62,013 nt of DNA from a virus (lineage: Duplodnaviria; Caudoviricetes): IMG/VR virus record IMGVR_UViG_3300026863_000036, positions 1 through 62,013 of that record, one strand, 5' to 3'. The position numbers and the translations under genes are program-made. Numbering within the stretch: position 1 is the first letter of the stretch; each line of letters opens with the position of its first letter. The notes under the pieces are model-generated. The model was not told the origin of the DNA. It saw only the letters and a list, made by a program, of their open reading frames with translations, and did no database searches. Of the stretch, positions 18,211 to 28,392 are shown one piece after another.

Positions 18211-18909
18211 CTACCGGTACGTGACCGAGCCGTTGAAGGTGTTCGGTCCGGTTTGCGGCCGAGTGCCGCCGAACCCGCCGTAGCCGCCGAACCCGCCGCC
18301 GCCGAATGCCTGCCCGCCGATACCGGCGAGCGTGCCGAGCGCGCTGAGCATCGCACCCTGACCGGCTTCCTTGCCGGCGGCGTTCTGGTTGTTGGCGCCC
18401 ATGTAGCCCTCGGACAGGCCGGTTTCGAAGTCGAGCCCGAGGCCAGCGGCTGCGTTGCTGCGATCCACGCCACCAGCGTACATGTCGTTGTAGCCGGCGA
18501 GGCCGCCGAGCCAGTTGTTGTAGTTCTGGTCGGCGTAGCCAGTGGCATACTTCATCAGGTCCAGATCGGTCTGGCCTGAATTTGAACGGCCATACTTTGA
18601 GGCATTGCGTTCGAGGCCCTGTAAGCCCTGGTCGAGCGAGAACTGGTAGCCGGGGCCCGTGTGGAACGCGTCCTGCGCGCGCGTTGCGCCCTCGGCACCG
18701 TTGAGGCCGTATGCATCGGCATAGAGGCCGGCGCCGAGCTTGCCGAGATCGAGGTAATCCCCTGTGGTGTCCTGAATGCCCTCGATCATCGGCCGGCCGG
18801 TGGCGGCAAGATCGTCGATGACGCCGCGGTTCTGTTCCGCCGCCTTCTGTGTGGCCTTGCCCTTATTGAGCCCGAGCCAGTCGCCGATGGTTTCGAAGAA
18901 GTCAGCCAT
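18211..18909 (-). CDS. DNA transfer protein (P22 gp7-like)
   Basis: PGYQFSLDQG...LMKYATGYA, Gly-rich tail. Confidence 0.7.
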   Translation of the reverse strand: MADFFETIGDWLGLNKGKATQKAAEQNRGVIDDLAATGRPMIEGIQDTTGDYLDLGKLGAGLYADAYGLNGAEGATRAQDAFHTGPGYQFSLDQGLQGLERNASKYGRSNSGQTDLDLMKYATGYADQNYNNWLGGLAGYNDMYAGGVDRSNAAAGLGLDFETGLSEGYMGANNQNAAGKEAGQGAMLSALGTLAGIGGQAFGGGGFGGYGGFGGTRPQTGPNTFNGSVTYR

Positions 18910-18918
18910 AGATGGCTC

Positions 18919-19296
18919 CTATTTCTGGACGCGAGCGATGAGCGTGCCGCTGGCGAGGTCGAGGGTGCCGCTGGACTCATTCTGGAACCGGACGGACACT
19001 GTGTTCGCGGCGCTGACCCACGCCGTGATGGTGATGCCGGATGTGGTCGCCGAGAACGCGGCGGATGCGAAGTCGCCGAGCGCCGCACCTGGTACGGTGA
19101 CCGTTGTGGTCGTGCCGGCGCCGTCGGCGAGGCTCGGCGGGTCGTAGTTGGCGGAGCCTTGCAGCGGGATCAGCTCGCCGATCTTCTGCGCCAGCTGGTT
19201 CAGCCAATCGTACCAGTGCTTGGACATGGTGCCGTCTGACGCCACCAGGTGCTCACTGGGTCGCGGGATCGGCCGCAGACTGTCGGAAGTGCTCAA
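18919..19296 (-). CDS. Virion structural protein
   Basis: Position after the gp10-like gene. Confidence 0.55.
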   Translation of the reverse strand: MSTSDSLRPIPRPSEHLVASDGTMSKHWYDWLNQLAQKIGELIPLQGSANYDPPSLADGAGTTTTVTVPGAALGDFASAAFSATTSGITITAWVSAANTVSVRFQNESSGTLDLASGTLIARVQK

Positions 19297-20711
19297 GCCG
19301 CGCGCTCCTCAATGTCCATGGCGGCCCCGAAGAAGGCGATCTCGACGGGGTCGGAGATCGTCATTTCCCAGATCCGACCGTTGCGACCAGTCAAGCCGGC
19401 GTTGTTGATGTCGATCGGCACAACTTCCCCCTGGGTGCCGAGCCGCCGAGTTACCGGATTGCCCCAGTTCCGCCCGCCATCGTTGGACCAGCGGATGCGC
19501 ACGACAGGCTGTGTCTCGATCGGGGAGATACCGGCATCGAGGCCGACGCCCGTCTCGAAATCGAAGCTGGCCTTGTGGATCACGGCTCGGCCGGGAAAGC
19601 GGTGCGCCTGGTTGGAACGCAACGTCCAGACCAGCGGGGCCTCATCGTCCAGCTTGGTGGCGGAGCCAAACTCATAGGCGTTGCCGCTCTGAAGATCGAA
19701 GGTGAACCAGCGGCCCCAAGCGTTGACACCGTACCGGCAGCGCCAATCATCGAAGCTGTAAGTCTGCCGCTCGTGCCAGTTGCCGGTGGACACGTCATAG
19801 ACCCACGTCCAGCCGGGACCACTGAGCACCCAATAGGCATGGCCCGCGGCCTGATACACCCACGCGATGAGATCGGCCGGGTTGGCGACGGCCTCGATCA
19901 GGCGGTTGAGGTCAGGTCCGGAAACCGGGACTGGGTTGTAGCCCTGCAGCTTCCGCACCGTGTTGTCATTGGCGACAAACAGCACCGTGTCGGCAAAGCC
20001 AGGTTCGAACCCGGCGACGGCATATGGTCCCTTTAGGCCCACGGGCACGACCACGCCGCGATTGAAGGCGAAGGCGGTCGGATTGCCGGCGTTGGCATAG
20101 AACTCGAGCGAAGCCGTTCCCATCAGGATCAGGTCACTGCCGGCAGCGATGGCGCGGTAGAGGCCGTCTGGGTCCGACTCGGCGGCGGTGCGGTCTACCG
20201 ATGAGAACGTCGTATCGTTGATACCCGACTGGTAGGCCAGACCGCTTTCCGACGTGACAATGAAGTAGCCGTCGATGAAGCAAATCGAGTTCACAGCCGG
20301 CAGGTCGCCGTCGCTGAAAACCGCGACGGAGGCACCAGAAATGTTGATGGATGACATGCCGCCCGAATGGACGATCAGCACGTCGGGAACAGGCGCTTTC
20401 ATATTGCGCGCCATCGTTACCGGCCCGCTGCCGCCAACGGTGCCGGTTAGTTCGGTGACCACATAGGCGCTGGTGATCGAATAGGCCTTGTTGCCCGAAA
20501 CCACGTACATCACGCTGCCGACCATGATCGCGCCGCGGATCGCGGTCTGCGTGGTGGTGAAGCGCCGGATAAGGCCGGCGACGCGGCGCCACACGATCTC
20601 GCTGCGGGATCCCTGCGCCGCCTTCTCGGCAAAGGCATTGATCAGCCGGCCGCCGGTTTCGGTCGGGTTGACGCCTGGCGCTGTGCTGGTGGGCCAGTTG
20701 ATCGGCGGCAT
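19293..20711 (-). CDS. Packaged-DNA stabilisation / tail hub protein (P22 gp10-like)
   Basis: AESDPDGL, TWVYDVSTGNWHER, WSNDGGRNW. Confidence 0.85.
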   Translation of the reverse strand: MPPINWPTSTAPGVNPTETGGRLINAFAEKAAQGSRSEIVWRRVAGLIRRFTTTQTAIRGAIMVGSVMYVVSGNKAYSITSAYVVTELTGTVGGSGPVTMARNMKAPVPDVLIVHSGGMSSINISGASVAVFSDGDLPAVNSICFIDGYFIVTSESGLAYQSGINDTTFSSVDRTAAESDPDGLYRAIAAGSDLILMGTASLEFYANAGNPTAFAFNRGVVVPVGLKGPYAVAGFEPGFADTVLFVANDNTVRKLQGYNPVPVSGPDLNRLIEAVANPADLIAWVYQAAGHAYWVLSGPGWTWVYDVSTGNWHERQTYSFDDWRCRYGVNAWGRWFTFDLQSGNAYEFGSATKLDDEAPLVWTLRSNQAHRFPGRAVIHKASFDFETGVGLDAGISPIETQPVVRIRWSNDGGRNWGNPVTRRLGTQGEVVPIDINNAGLTGRNGRIWEMTISDPVEIAFFGAAMDIEERAA

Positions 20712-21049
20712 CAGAAATACTCGATCTCTTGGGTACGGCCGGAAAGGATGGTGGGTTTCAGCCCGCGCAACCGCTGCTCCGCCATCAGCCGCTTCTGCTC
20801 GTCGGGCTGCGCCCCGAAGGCTCGAGCTCGGGCGTTCGCCAGCAGCACGGCCAGATGGTCGAAGGCGTCATCGTCGTACTGGTCGGGGTCACCCCACACC
20901 CAGATATCCCTGGTGGCGAGGTCGCTCATGACAGGCTCAACAGCCTTGTCGATCTCGTCGAAGTCCTCGGCTTCGGCCGTTTGGCCGGAACCAACAACCC
21001 CGAGCTCTTTCAGGGCGCGGTTGACGAGTTCGTTTCTGGTCTTGGTCAT
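20711..21049 (-). CDS. Head-tail adaptor (P22 gp4-like)
   Basis: LVNRALKELGVV..GQTAEAED; position. Confidence 0.65.
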   Translation of the reverse strand: MTKTRNELVNRALKELGVVGSGQTAEAEDFDEIDKAVEPVMSDLATRDIWVWGDPDQYDDDAFDHLAVLLANARARAFGAQPDEQKRLMAEQRLRGLKPTILSGRTQEIEYF

Positions 21050-21064
21050 GAGCGACCTCCCGGA

Positions 21065-21436
21065 TTAGGCGACGTAGGCTTCTTTGTCTTCGTCGCTGAG
21101 GTCGTTGAAGGCCTTGGCATCGTCCTTCGTCAGGCCGTCCTTGACCTTCTGATCCTTGTCGCCGCGGACGATGATGAACCGCCCGCCGCCGTTGTGGATG
21201 GCGCGCAGGCCGACTTCAGGGGCGTCCTTCGGGTCGAAATCGACGACATCGACGCCCGCGCTGGGGCCGGGAGCGAAGCCCTCGACCTTGAAGTGCGGAT
21301 TGTTCGACAGCTTGCGCAGCAGGGCGTCGTGCCGACCGGCGTCAACGTCCTGCTCCTGGTCATCGAAGAAGCGGATGCCGCCAATGGTGACAACCGCCTC
21401 ATCGCCCTCGGGCGCGTGATAGGTGACCTTCGCCAT
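21065..21436 (-). CDS. Hypothetical virion-region protein
   Basis: ORF within the late operon. Confidence 0.6.
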   Translation of the reverse strand: MAKVTYHAPEGDEAVVTIGGIRFFDDQEQDVDAGRHDALLRKLSNNPHFKVEGFAPGPSAGVDVVDFDPKDAPEVGLRAIHNGGGRFIIVRGDKDQKVKDGLTKDDAKAFNDLSDEDKEAYVA

Positions 21437-21446
21437 GTCGCGCCCC

Positions 21447-21869
21447 TTACTTCATGTAGCCGAAGAAGCGCGGCTGGATGGTGCCGGCAACCGCCGTGGC
21501 AGCGGCTGCGGCGGTCTTCCAGACGATCTCGGTATCGGCGGTGAACTCGTAGTTCAGCCCGGTCGCCGCGAGGGTCGTGTTCGTGCCGCCGGCCTGGCCC
21601 GTGGTGGCGCCGGTGGCGATGAAGCGATCATCGTCGGCGGCGTCGCCAATGGCGAAGGTGAGGAGCGGAGAGCCGTTGCTGTCGAGGTCGGGCACGACCA
21701 CGGACAACCCGGTGAGCACGAACCCGCGCGGCACCACGAACAGGCCCACAGTCTTGTTGAGGGCGAGGTCAGCGGCCAACAGCGCCACATCGGCGCCGAG
21801 GCACTTCATCGTGCGGGCGAAGCCCTGATTGCCAACCTGCGGCTGGCCATAAGCATTGCGATCAGCCAT
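21447..21869 (-). CDS. Putative capsid decoration protein
   Basis: Follows the capsid gene, beta-rich. Confidence 0.55.
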   Translation of the reverse strand: MADRNAYGQPQVGNQGFARTMKCLGADVALLAADLALNKTVGLFVVPRGFVLTGLSVVVPDLDSNGSPLLTFAIGDAADDDRFIATGATTGQAGGTNTTLAATGLNYEFTADTEIVWKTAAAAATAVAGTIQPRFFGYMK

Positions 21870-21905
21870 TTGCCGATCTCCTTGATTTCGATGAGGGGGA
21901 AGGAA

Positions 21906-21927
21906 GGCGGGGACCGAAGCCCCCGCC
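21906..21927 (-). terminator. Hairpin after the major capsid gene
   Basis: GGCGGGGGC-TTCG-GTCCCCGCC followed by TTCCTT. Confidence 0.55.
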
Positions 21928-21934
21928 GTGCGCC

Positions 21935-23137
21935 TTACTGGTTGGCGACGCCCGATACGAAACCGGTCACCATGCCCCAGTCGACCAGCGAGCCGATGGT
22001 GGCCGATGCGCCGGCCGCCAGCGGAGCCTTTGCGATCTTGCCGACGCCGTACTGGGCCTCGATGCCCATGCCGGTGACGAAGTCGTAATCGCCATCCTCG
22101 AGGGTCGTCGGGCGCGGCATCTGCCCGAGGGCATAAGCAAGAGCGCCCTGGCCGCAGAGGAACACCGGCTCGACATCGATCCCCGCGGCGCCGGCGCCCT
22201 TCAGCAGCAGGCGCTGGGTGATCTCGGGGATCTCGAGGTAGATGACGCCGTCGTAGACCAGAGCGCCGCCCGTGAAGATCGGGTTGGTCTTCGTCGGATC
22301 CCCGCCTTCGCGGTTGCGGGCATCGCGGTTGGCCTGAGACATGACCGGGTCAACCTTGAGGTCGCGGAAGCCGCGCGCGCCGACGAAACAGACATACCAC
22401 TCCTGGTCGCTGTCCGCTTGCATGTACGGGGTGATCTTCGGCCGGCCGTTGTAAACGCCCGGGTTGTTGGGATCGACGCCGGTCTGCTTCGCCTGGTCCT
22501 TCAGAAGGCTGCCGACAGCCGCCGACATCTTGTCGGCAGTGGAGTCGACGTTGCCGACCGCGGTGGCGAAGGTGGTCGAGTAGTTCGACAGCGCCGAGCC
22601 GAACACGACGCGATCGGCATTGGCGGTGACCCACGAGTTCTTGTTGCCGGCGGTAGCCGCCGACCACTTGATGCCGTTGACGCGGTTGCCCGGGGTGCCG
22701 AAACGCCCCGCCTGCATGGCAGCCGACGGAATGGACAGCAGTGCGTCAACCAGGTCGTCACGCACGATGCGCTTGGACCAGCCGCGGAGCAGGCTGCGGG
22801 CGGTCGACCGGACCGAGAACGAGGACTCCTTGTTCTGGGCGCGATTGTTGGCGACGGCATTACGAGCCCAGTCGGCCCAGAGCGGCATGCCGTAGCTGTC
22901 GATCTGTTCCTCGTTGCCGCGCAGCGTGCCTGCGCCGACGCCATCGCCCGAAAGCTGGGTGACAAGCGGAACGCGGATTTCCTTGCCGTCGGCCTCGAGG
23001 TCCGACATGCGAACGATGACCGAAGTCGAGTCATCGCCCATGTAGGGGTCAAAGCGCGAGCTGCGCAGGAAGTCGAAAGCGACATCCTTGCGGAACTTGA
23101 CGACTTCGTTGTTGGGATGGTTCGGAGTGAGAGCCAT
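21935..23137 (-). CDS. Major capsid protein (DUF4043/N4-gp56-like)
   Basis: LRGNEEQI, DWARNAV, NPIFTGG...YDGV; follows scaffold. Confidence 0.85.
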   Translation of the reverse strand: MALTPNHPNNEVVKFRKDVAFDFLRSSRFDPYMGDDSTSVIVRMSDLEADGKEIRVPLVTQLSGDGVGAGTLRGNEEQIDSYGMPLWADWARNAVANNRAQNKESSFSVRSTARSLLRGWSKRIVRDDLVDALLSIPSAAMQAGRFGTPGNRVNGIKWSAATAGNKNSWVTANADRVVFGSALSNYSTTFATAVGNVDSTADKMSAAVGSLLKDQAKQTGVDPNNPGVYNGRPKITPYMQADSDQEWYVCFVGARGFRDLKVDPVMSQANRDARNREGGDPTKTNPIFTGGALVYDGVIYLEIPEITQRLLLKGAGAAGIDVEPVFLCGQGALAYALGQMPRPTTLEDGDYDFVTGMGIEAQYGVGKIAKAPLAAGASATIGSLVDWGMVTGFVSGVANQ

Positions 23138-23169
23138 TTCTGATGGTCCTGGTGCTTAGCCGCGGGGCC

Positions 23170-24006
23170 TTAGCGCCGCCGGCTTGTGGTTGCCGAGAAC
23201 AGCTCCGCATCGCTCGGCTCGCCTGCCGCTGCCGCGGGTGAGGCTGCCGTTCCGATGCTTCGCAGTGAGGGGATTGCAGGCACTTCCGAACGACGGTTGG
23301 GAGCCTCGACGGTGGGCTGAGCCGCGCCGCGCAGCTGAGCGAGGAAACGCTGCTGGACTTCAGGGTCCTTCATCGCTTCTTCGAGAACGCGGTTGCGGTA
23401 GGCGGCCGGATCGCTGCCGATCTCGTTCAGCACCTGGCGGTTTTTGTGCCACGCGACCAATTCCCCGTAAGGGTGGTTGGACCGCATGATGCGCATGTAA
23501 TCCGTCTGCACTGCGGGATCGGCCTGCATTGCCTCGCCGAGAGCCTGATAGGCGGCCTTTACGGTGTCCGAGCCATGCTTCTCTTCCGCGAGCAGGCGGG
23601 ACACGCCCTGACGCTGCTCGAAAAGCTGCTGCTGGATCGGGGTGACGAGCGATTTGCCCCATTCATCCGGGTTGTCCCAGAATTCTGCGGGCTTGCGCTG
23701 TTCCTGCTGCTGCTGCGGCTGACGCTGCTGAGCCTCGAGCCGTGCCAGCCGTTCCTTCAGCTCGTCACGGTCCCGCTCGGCCGCCCGGCGCGCTTCCGCT
23801 TCTTCGCGGAGACGGGCGGGAGGAATGGCGGGCTCGGAACGCTGCTCGGGCGCGGTTGTGGCAGGCGGTTCAGTGGCAGGCGGCGTGATCACCGGCTCAG
23901 GTGCCGCAATGGTCTCGGTTTCGATGATAGCGGGGTCGGTGCCCGTCACCGTCGCGTTGAACAAAGCAGCGTCGTCGACCGTGAGGCCGTTGGTGTCGTC
24001 GTTCAT
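23170..24006 (-). CDS. Scaffolding protein
   Basis: Acidic/Pro N-terminus, coiled coil, between portal and capsid. Confidence 0.7.
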   Translation of the reverse strand: MNDDTNGLTVDDAALFNATVTGTDPAIIETETIAAPEPVITPPATEPPATTAPEQRSEPAIPPARLREEAEARRAAERDRDELKERLARLEAQQRQPQQQQEQRKPAEFWDNPDEWGKSLVTPIQQQLFEQRQGVSRLLAEEKHGSDTVKAAYQALGEAMQADPAVQTDYMRIMRSNHPYGELVAWHKNRQVLNEIGSDPAAYRNRVLEEAMKDPEVQQRFLAQLRGAAQPTVEAPNRRSEVPAIPSLRSIGTAASPAAAAGEPSDAELFSATTSRRR

Positions 24007-24121
24007 GTCGTGTCTCCCGGACTATCGCGTCCGATGGCGGAACCCTCACTATCGCGGAGAGTGATGCGATGCCGTCGAAGGGGGCGGCGGCTGCCCTGCG
24101 CCGTATCGTGGCGCGGACGAA

Positions 24122-26077
24122 TTACTGCTGTGGCGCCTGCGGGGCGTTCGCCCTGGCGGCAGCGGCCCGAAGGTTGATGCGCTGGATCGCCAGTTTCATC
24201 TGGTCGCTCTGAAGGTCCATGGCGTGATCCTCGCGGCGGGCCTGCTGGTCCTGCTGGCGTCCGACGGCATCGAGCATGCGGTTCTGCTGGTCAGCCTGAT
24301 GCTCGGCGCCGATATCCTGCGCCTCCGCCCTGAGCTTGATCGTCTCTGCCTCGGTCTTGCTGTTCTCGAGCTGCTTGCCCCGCATTTCCAGCATGGCGGC
24401 CTGCTGCTCGATCGGGTTCGGCTGCGGCGGCGGCTGCTTTATGGCCTCGCGGAACTTCTTCTTCGCCGCTGATGGCATCGAGGAGGTCTCGATCAGCACC
24501 TCGACCGCGGCGGCCGCAACGGACGGCGTCAGCATCGGGCCAACCGACTGCAGTGCCTCGCGCACCGACTCGTTGGTGTCCGCCTGCATGGTCACGGTGT
24601 CCGGGCCTTCGTCGATCATCACATCGACATCGAGCGAGCCGAGTTGGTTCGTGATCATCGACTGGCCGGTCTGCGGGTCGATCGCCAGCCGGTTGACCGA
24701 CAGCCAGTTGGCCAGCCCTTCATCATCGGTGACGCGGATCCATCGCTCGGCAGTCCAAAGGTTCTGCACGGCGTTCCAGATCGCGCGGTAAACTCGATGC
24801 TTCCAACCCTTGTAGCTGAGGAGGTAGGGCCCGAGTTCGGCAATGCCGGCTTCCTGCTGCAGCTTGATGGCTCGGCCGGACATGTCTTGCACGCCGGTGC
24901 CCATCAGCGCGGGGTTGAAGCCGTAGTTCTCGATCTCCTGCTTTGCCTCCTCGAGGAAGCCGAGATTGGCGTTCAGCTCCGAAGCGCGGGCCGCGTCGTC
25001 AAACTCGGGCATCTCGGCGCCGATCGGGACGACAACCACGCCATCTGGGCGGGCCATCTCGGCGCGGATTTTCTCCGGCTCCAGCCCTTGGCCATCGCGG
25101 ACGACGATGCGGCGCGCCTGGCTCTGGTGCAGTCCCTTGGACCGGCGCTGGTTGATTTCATCCTGCGCGGATTTCATGTTGCGGAAAAAGCCGTAGCGGT
25201 CGCCATCGTGGTCGACGTTGGCCGAAAACATGATGTACTTGCAGATGGTGTGGCGCTTCTCGTCGACGAGGTAGCTCTCACCCTCCGCCAGCATCGCGGC
25301 GCCGGTGTAGATGCACCAGAACCACTTGGTGCCGCGCTTGTACCAGTGGTCGATCACGCGAACGCGGCGATGGTTCTCATCGCCCATTACCCACTTGTTG
25401 TCGCTGTCCGGGTTGCTGGTAAGTTCCGACCCCTGATCAACCGAGAACTCGATCTCGTCCTTTTTGTCGGGGAAGGCGTCGAGCAGTTCGTTCATGTCCG
25501 CCCACTTCCCGATGCCCATAAAGCTGGCATCCGAGAAATCGGCGCGGGTCGATGTCGGGTCGTAGAAGAAGCCCGAGGGCTCGACGATCTCGAAACCTAC
25601 TTCGGTATCGCCCAGGTCGCCCGCCTCGAGGGTAAGCTCAATGCCGGCGATACCATCGACCGCACCGTTGAGCCCGGCAATAGGCGACTTCTCGGCCCAG
25701 CGCTGCTCATCGAGCACATAGCGCAGCACGGCCGTTGCCACCTCGGCGCCGTCCTCATGCTTGGGTGTGCGGGCGAATCCCTTCGGGTCCTGGCGCTGGC
25801 GCTCGAGCAGACCGACGACGGCGTTGATCTTCCGCGCCATACGATTGTACGTGACCACTGGCTGCTTGCGCTGGTTGAGCGTCTTGATCTGCTTCGCCGT
25901 CCAGTGCGAGCCGTGGTAGTAGCGCCGGGCTTCCTGCTGCTCGTCGATCTCGGCGCGCTTGCCGTCGAGGTAGCTCAGATAGTCCGTCTTGAGCGTCGAG
26001 AGCCCACGGCCACCACCCTGCGGCTGAGCAGGGGCGGTCGAGGCGGCCGGCGCTGGCGCGTATGCGGTATCGATCAT
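24122..26077 (-). CDS. Portal protein (P22-like)
   Basis: RYYHGSHW, QDEINQRRSK, SGRAIKLQQEAG, LDVDVMIDEGP. Confidence 0.88.
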   Translation of the reverse strand: MIDTAYAPAPAASTAPAQPQGGGRGLSTLKTDYLSYLDGKRAEIDEQQEARRYYHGSHWTAKQIKTLNQRKQPVVTYNRMARKINAVVGLLERQRQDPKGFARTPKHEDGAEVATAVLRYVLDEQRWAEKSPIAGLNGAVDGIAGIELTLEAGDLGDTEVGFEIVEPSGFFYDPTSTRADFSDASFMGIGKWADMNELLDAFPDKKDEIEFSVDQGSELTSNPDSDNKWVMGDENHRRVRVIDHWYKRGTKWFWCIYTGAAMLAEGESYLVDEKRHTICKYIMFSANVDHDGDRYGFFRNMKSAQDEINQRRSKGLHQSQARRIVVRDGQGLEPEKIRAEMARPDGVVVVPIGAEMPEFDDAARASELNANLGFLEEAKQEIENYGFNPALMGTGVQDMSGRAIKLQQEAGIAELGPYLLSYKGWKHRVYRAIWNAVQNLWTAERWIRVTDDEGLANWLSVNRLAIDPQTGQSMITNQLGSLDVDVMIDEGPDTVTMQADTNESVREALQSVGPMLTPSVAAAAVEVLIETSSMPSAAKKKFREAIKQPPPQPNPIEQQAAMLEMRGKQLENSKTEAETIKLRAEAQDIGAEHQADQQNRMLDAVGRQQDQQARREDHAMDLQSDQMKLAIQRINLRAAAARANAPQAPQQ

Positions 26078-26085
26078 CGATTGCC

Positions 26086-27624
26086 TCAATAGCTTTGCCA
26101 ATCGCCCGGCGTTGCCCTGTCGGTCTTCATCGAGTAGCCCGACCTGTTCTTGCCGGCGTCGTCGGCCGGCTTGTTCCGAACCCATGGCCGCGACATGCAG
26201 GCGTACCGCCACTCATCGGCCGCGTGGTCTTCCATGTCGCTGTTTAGGTCTTCCGGCCTCGCCTCGTCGTGCTGCAGCATCGGGATGGTCCGGATGCTGT
26301 CGGTGCAGGTCGAGAAACAGTAGATCATCGGCCGTCCGTCGGGGTCGGGCTTGCCGTCCTCGTTGATCGTGGTCCCGACCAGGCGCTGGCGCATCATGTC
26401 CCAGCCACCCATGGCGCCGCGCTGCGACACGCGCTTGTTGTCGGCGCCACGGAAGAAGATCTTCTTGTCGCCCGAGCCCTCGACAATGCGGCTGGCAATT
26501 GAAGGTCCGCCATCCTCGGCGAACGCCGCCGGATCGAGCACGCCAAGGCCGACTTTCTCGGTCTCGCGCTGCGCCAGTCCCTTGCCGACCTGCTCCGCCG
26601 TGAGCTTCAGGCCCTTGTTTGGTTTGCCGGGCTCCATGCCGTACCATTCTCGGTACCGGATTATCGCGCCGCGGGGCAGCAGCACGCCCGAAACCGGGTG
26701 CCTGGTGTCATCGCCGACGATCGCCCACCAGCCGAACGAGAACGGCTTGGCGCTACCCCAGTCGCCGGAACGGAACTTCGCCCAGTCCTCGGGGATCTGG
26801 AACGGCTCGATGACGTGCAGGCGCGACGACCAGCAGTCGAAGAAGGCACCGTCAACGATATCCCAGTCGCCGTAGCGCATGGCGCGGACCAGCGCTTCGG
26901 AGCCGAGGCCGTTCAGTCGGTTTTCGTAGTCCGGGTCTTCCTCGATGATGGTCGGGTTGTCCTCGAGCCGCGCCGGGATGTACTGGCGCAGCATGCCTCC
27001 CTCAGTGGCACCCACACGGCTGGCTACGAGTGGGAGCTGACCGTCGATGAAGGTGGCCTTGACGAAGTGGTGACCCACGCCGCCCGGGTTGGCGCCACAG
27101 AGAATGCGCGGGAAGCTGCCGCGGTACTTCGCCGGCAAGGTGACGCCCGTCATGCGGACGCGATTGCGGAGGAACCGGTAGATCACCTCGGTGAAGTGCG
27201 TCAGCTCGTCGATCAGCAGGACGTGGATTTCCGCGCCCTGGTACTTGAAGCGGTCTTTCTCGTCCTTGCAGTGGCACAGGTAGATTTTCGAGCCGTTCCA
27301 GAACCGGATTTCGTCCTCGACGATCTCGACGAACCCGCATGCGACCCAGCCTGCGAGCAATGCCCGGAAGCCGTGCGGCCCTTCCATGTGGTTCTTGACC
27401 AGGTCCTCGCGGATGCGACGGAACAGGTAGACCTGCAACCCGGGGATTTCGGCGCACCAGCTGACAGCCGCCTGGCGCATCAGGTGCGACTTGCCGCCGC
27501 CGGCAGCGCCGCCGTAAAGGATTTCCGTGGCAGGCGAGAGGAAGGCCAGCCACTGCTTGGGGTGAAGGTCGATACGCAACTCGGCGGCCGCGAGGATCGA
27601 CGAGCTACTGGATTGTATGCCCAT
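26086..27624 (-). CDS. terL: Terminase large subunit
   Basis: Walker A GGAAGGGKS, Walker B LLIDE, nuclease DWG and DHAADEWRY. Confidence 0.93.
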   Translation of the reverse strand: MGIQSSSSSILAAAELRIDLHPKQWLAFLSPATEILYGGAAGGGKSHLMRQAAVSWCAEIPGLQVYLFRRIREDLVKNHMEGPHGFRALLAGWVACGFVEIVEDEIRFWNGSKIYLCHCKDEKDRFKYQGAEIHVLLIDELTHFTEVIYRFLRNRVRMTGVTLPAKYRGSFPRILCGANPGGVGHHFVKATFIDGQLPLVASRVGATEGGMLRQYIPARLEDNPTIIEEDPDYENRLNGLGSEALVRAMRYGDWDIVDGAFFDCWSSRLHVIEPFQIPEDWAKFRSGDWGSAKPFSFGWWAIVGDDTRHPVSGVLLPRGAIIRYREWYGMEPGKPNKGLKLTAEQVGKGLAQRETEKVGLGVLDPAAFAEDGGPSIASRIVEGSGDKKIFFRGADNKRVSQRGAMGGWDMMRQRLVGTTINEDGKPDPDGRPMIYCFSTCTDSIRTIPMLQHDEARPEDLNSDMEDHAADEWRYACMSRPWVRNKPADDAGKNRSGYSMKTDRATPGDWQSY

Positions 27625-28003
27625 CGGCGTCCTCGTCGCCCTGGGACTGCGCGACAGCCGGGGCCGGATGGTTGCCGTAGACGATGGTTGGCGTCAGCGG
27701 CGTGCCATCCTTTCCGGTGTGCTCGTGAACACTGGTTTCCTTCCAGCCGGCGCGGGTCTTCATCCAGAAGATAGCGGCAGTGACGGCCTCTCGGCCGGTG
27801 CCGGTAGCCATCCTGTACAGATTGCCCGCAACCTTCGTGGTTGCCTTGGTGGCGCCCAGGCCGAGTTCATCGGGGTAGTGCTTGCGCAGCGTGTTCTCGC
27901 TGAGGCGCAGAACCCTGGCGATGTCCGCTTGCGGAACGCCGAACGCTGCCATGGCTTCCACCATTTCGCGATCTTCATCCGTCGGTTCGTGCGCTGCGGG
28001 CAT
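27605..28003 (-). CDS. terS: Terminase small subunit
   Basis: HTH, AAIFWMKTRAGWKE, overlaps terL. Confidence 0.75.
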   Translation of the reverse strand: MPAAHEPTDEDREMVEAMAAFGVPQADIARVLRLSENTLRKHYPDELGLGATKATTKVAGNLYRMATGTGREAVTAAIFWMKTRAGWKETSVHEHTGKDGTPLTPTIVYGNHPAPAVAQSQGDEDADGHTIQ

Positions 28004-28038
28004 GTTCACCGAATCCAGTCTTTGCTATGCTTCGGACC

Positions 28039-28392
28039 ATGCGCCGCATTGCAATCGTCGGCTCCAGAAGCCGGACAGACCCGGAAAGCGTTCAGGCCCT
28101 CGTGGCCTCGCTGCCGGCTGATTGCATCGTGGTTTCCGGCCATGCCGCAGGGCCCGATCTATGGGCCGAAGAAGCGGCGATGGCCCGCGGTCTCGAAACG
28201 CTGATCTTTGCGCCCGACCTGGCCGGCGTGCGCAATCGCGGCGAAGCTTCCAGGCGCTACCATGATCGCAACCAGCTCATCGTCGACCATGCCGACGAAG
28301 TCGTTGCGTTTGTTGCTCCGGATCGGAAGGGCGGCACGGAAGACACCATCCGCCGCGCCGAAGCCAAGGGCATACCGATCAGGCTGCTTTAG
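28039..28392 (+). CDS. SLOG (DprA/YspA-like) family protein
   Basis: IAIVGSR, VSGHAAGPD, RNQLIV, KGGTEDTI. Confidence 0.85.
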   Translation: MRRIAIVGSRSRTDPESVQALVASLPADCIVVSGHAAGPDLWAEEAAMARGLETLIFAPDLAGVRNRGEASRRYHDRNQLIVDHADEVVAFVAPDRKGGTEDTIRRAEAKGIPIRLL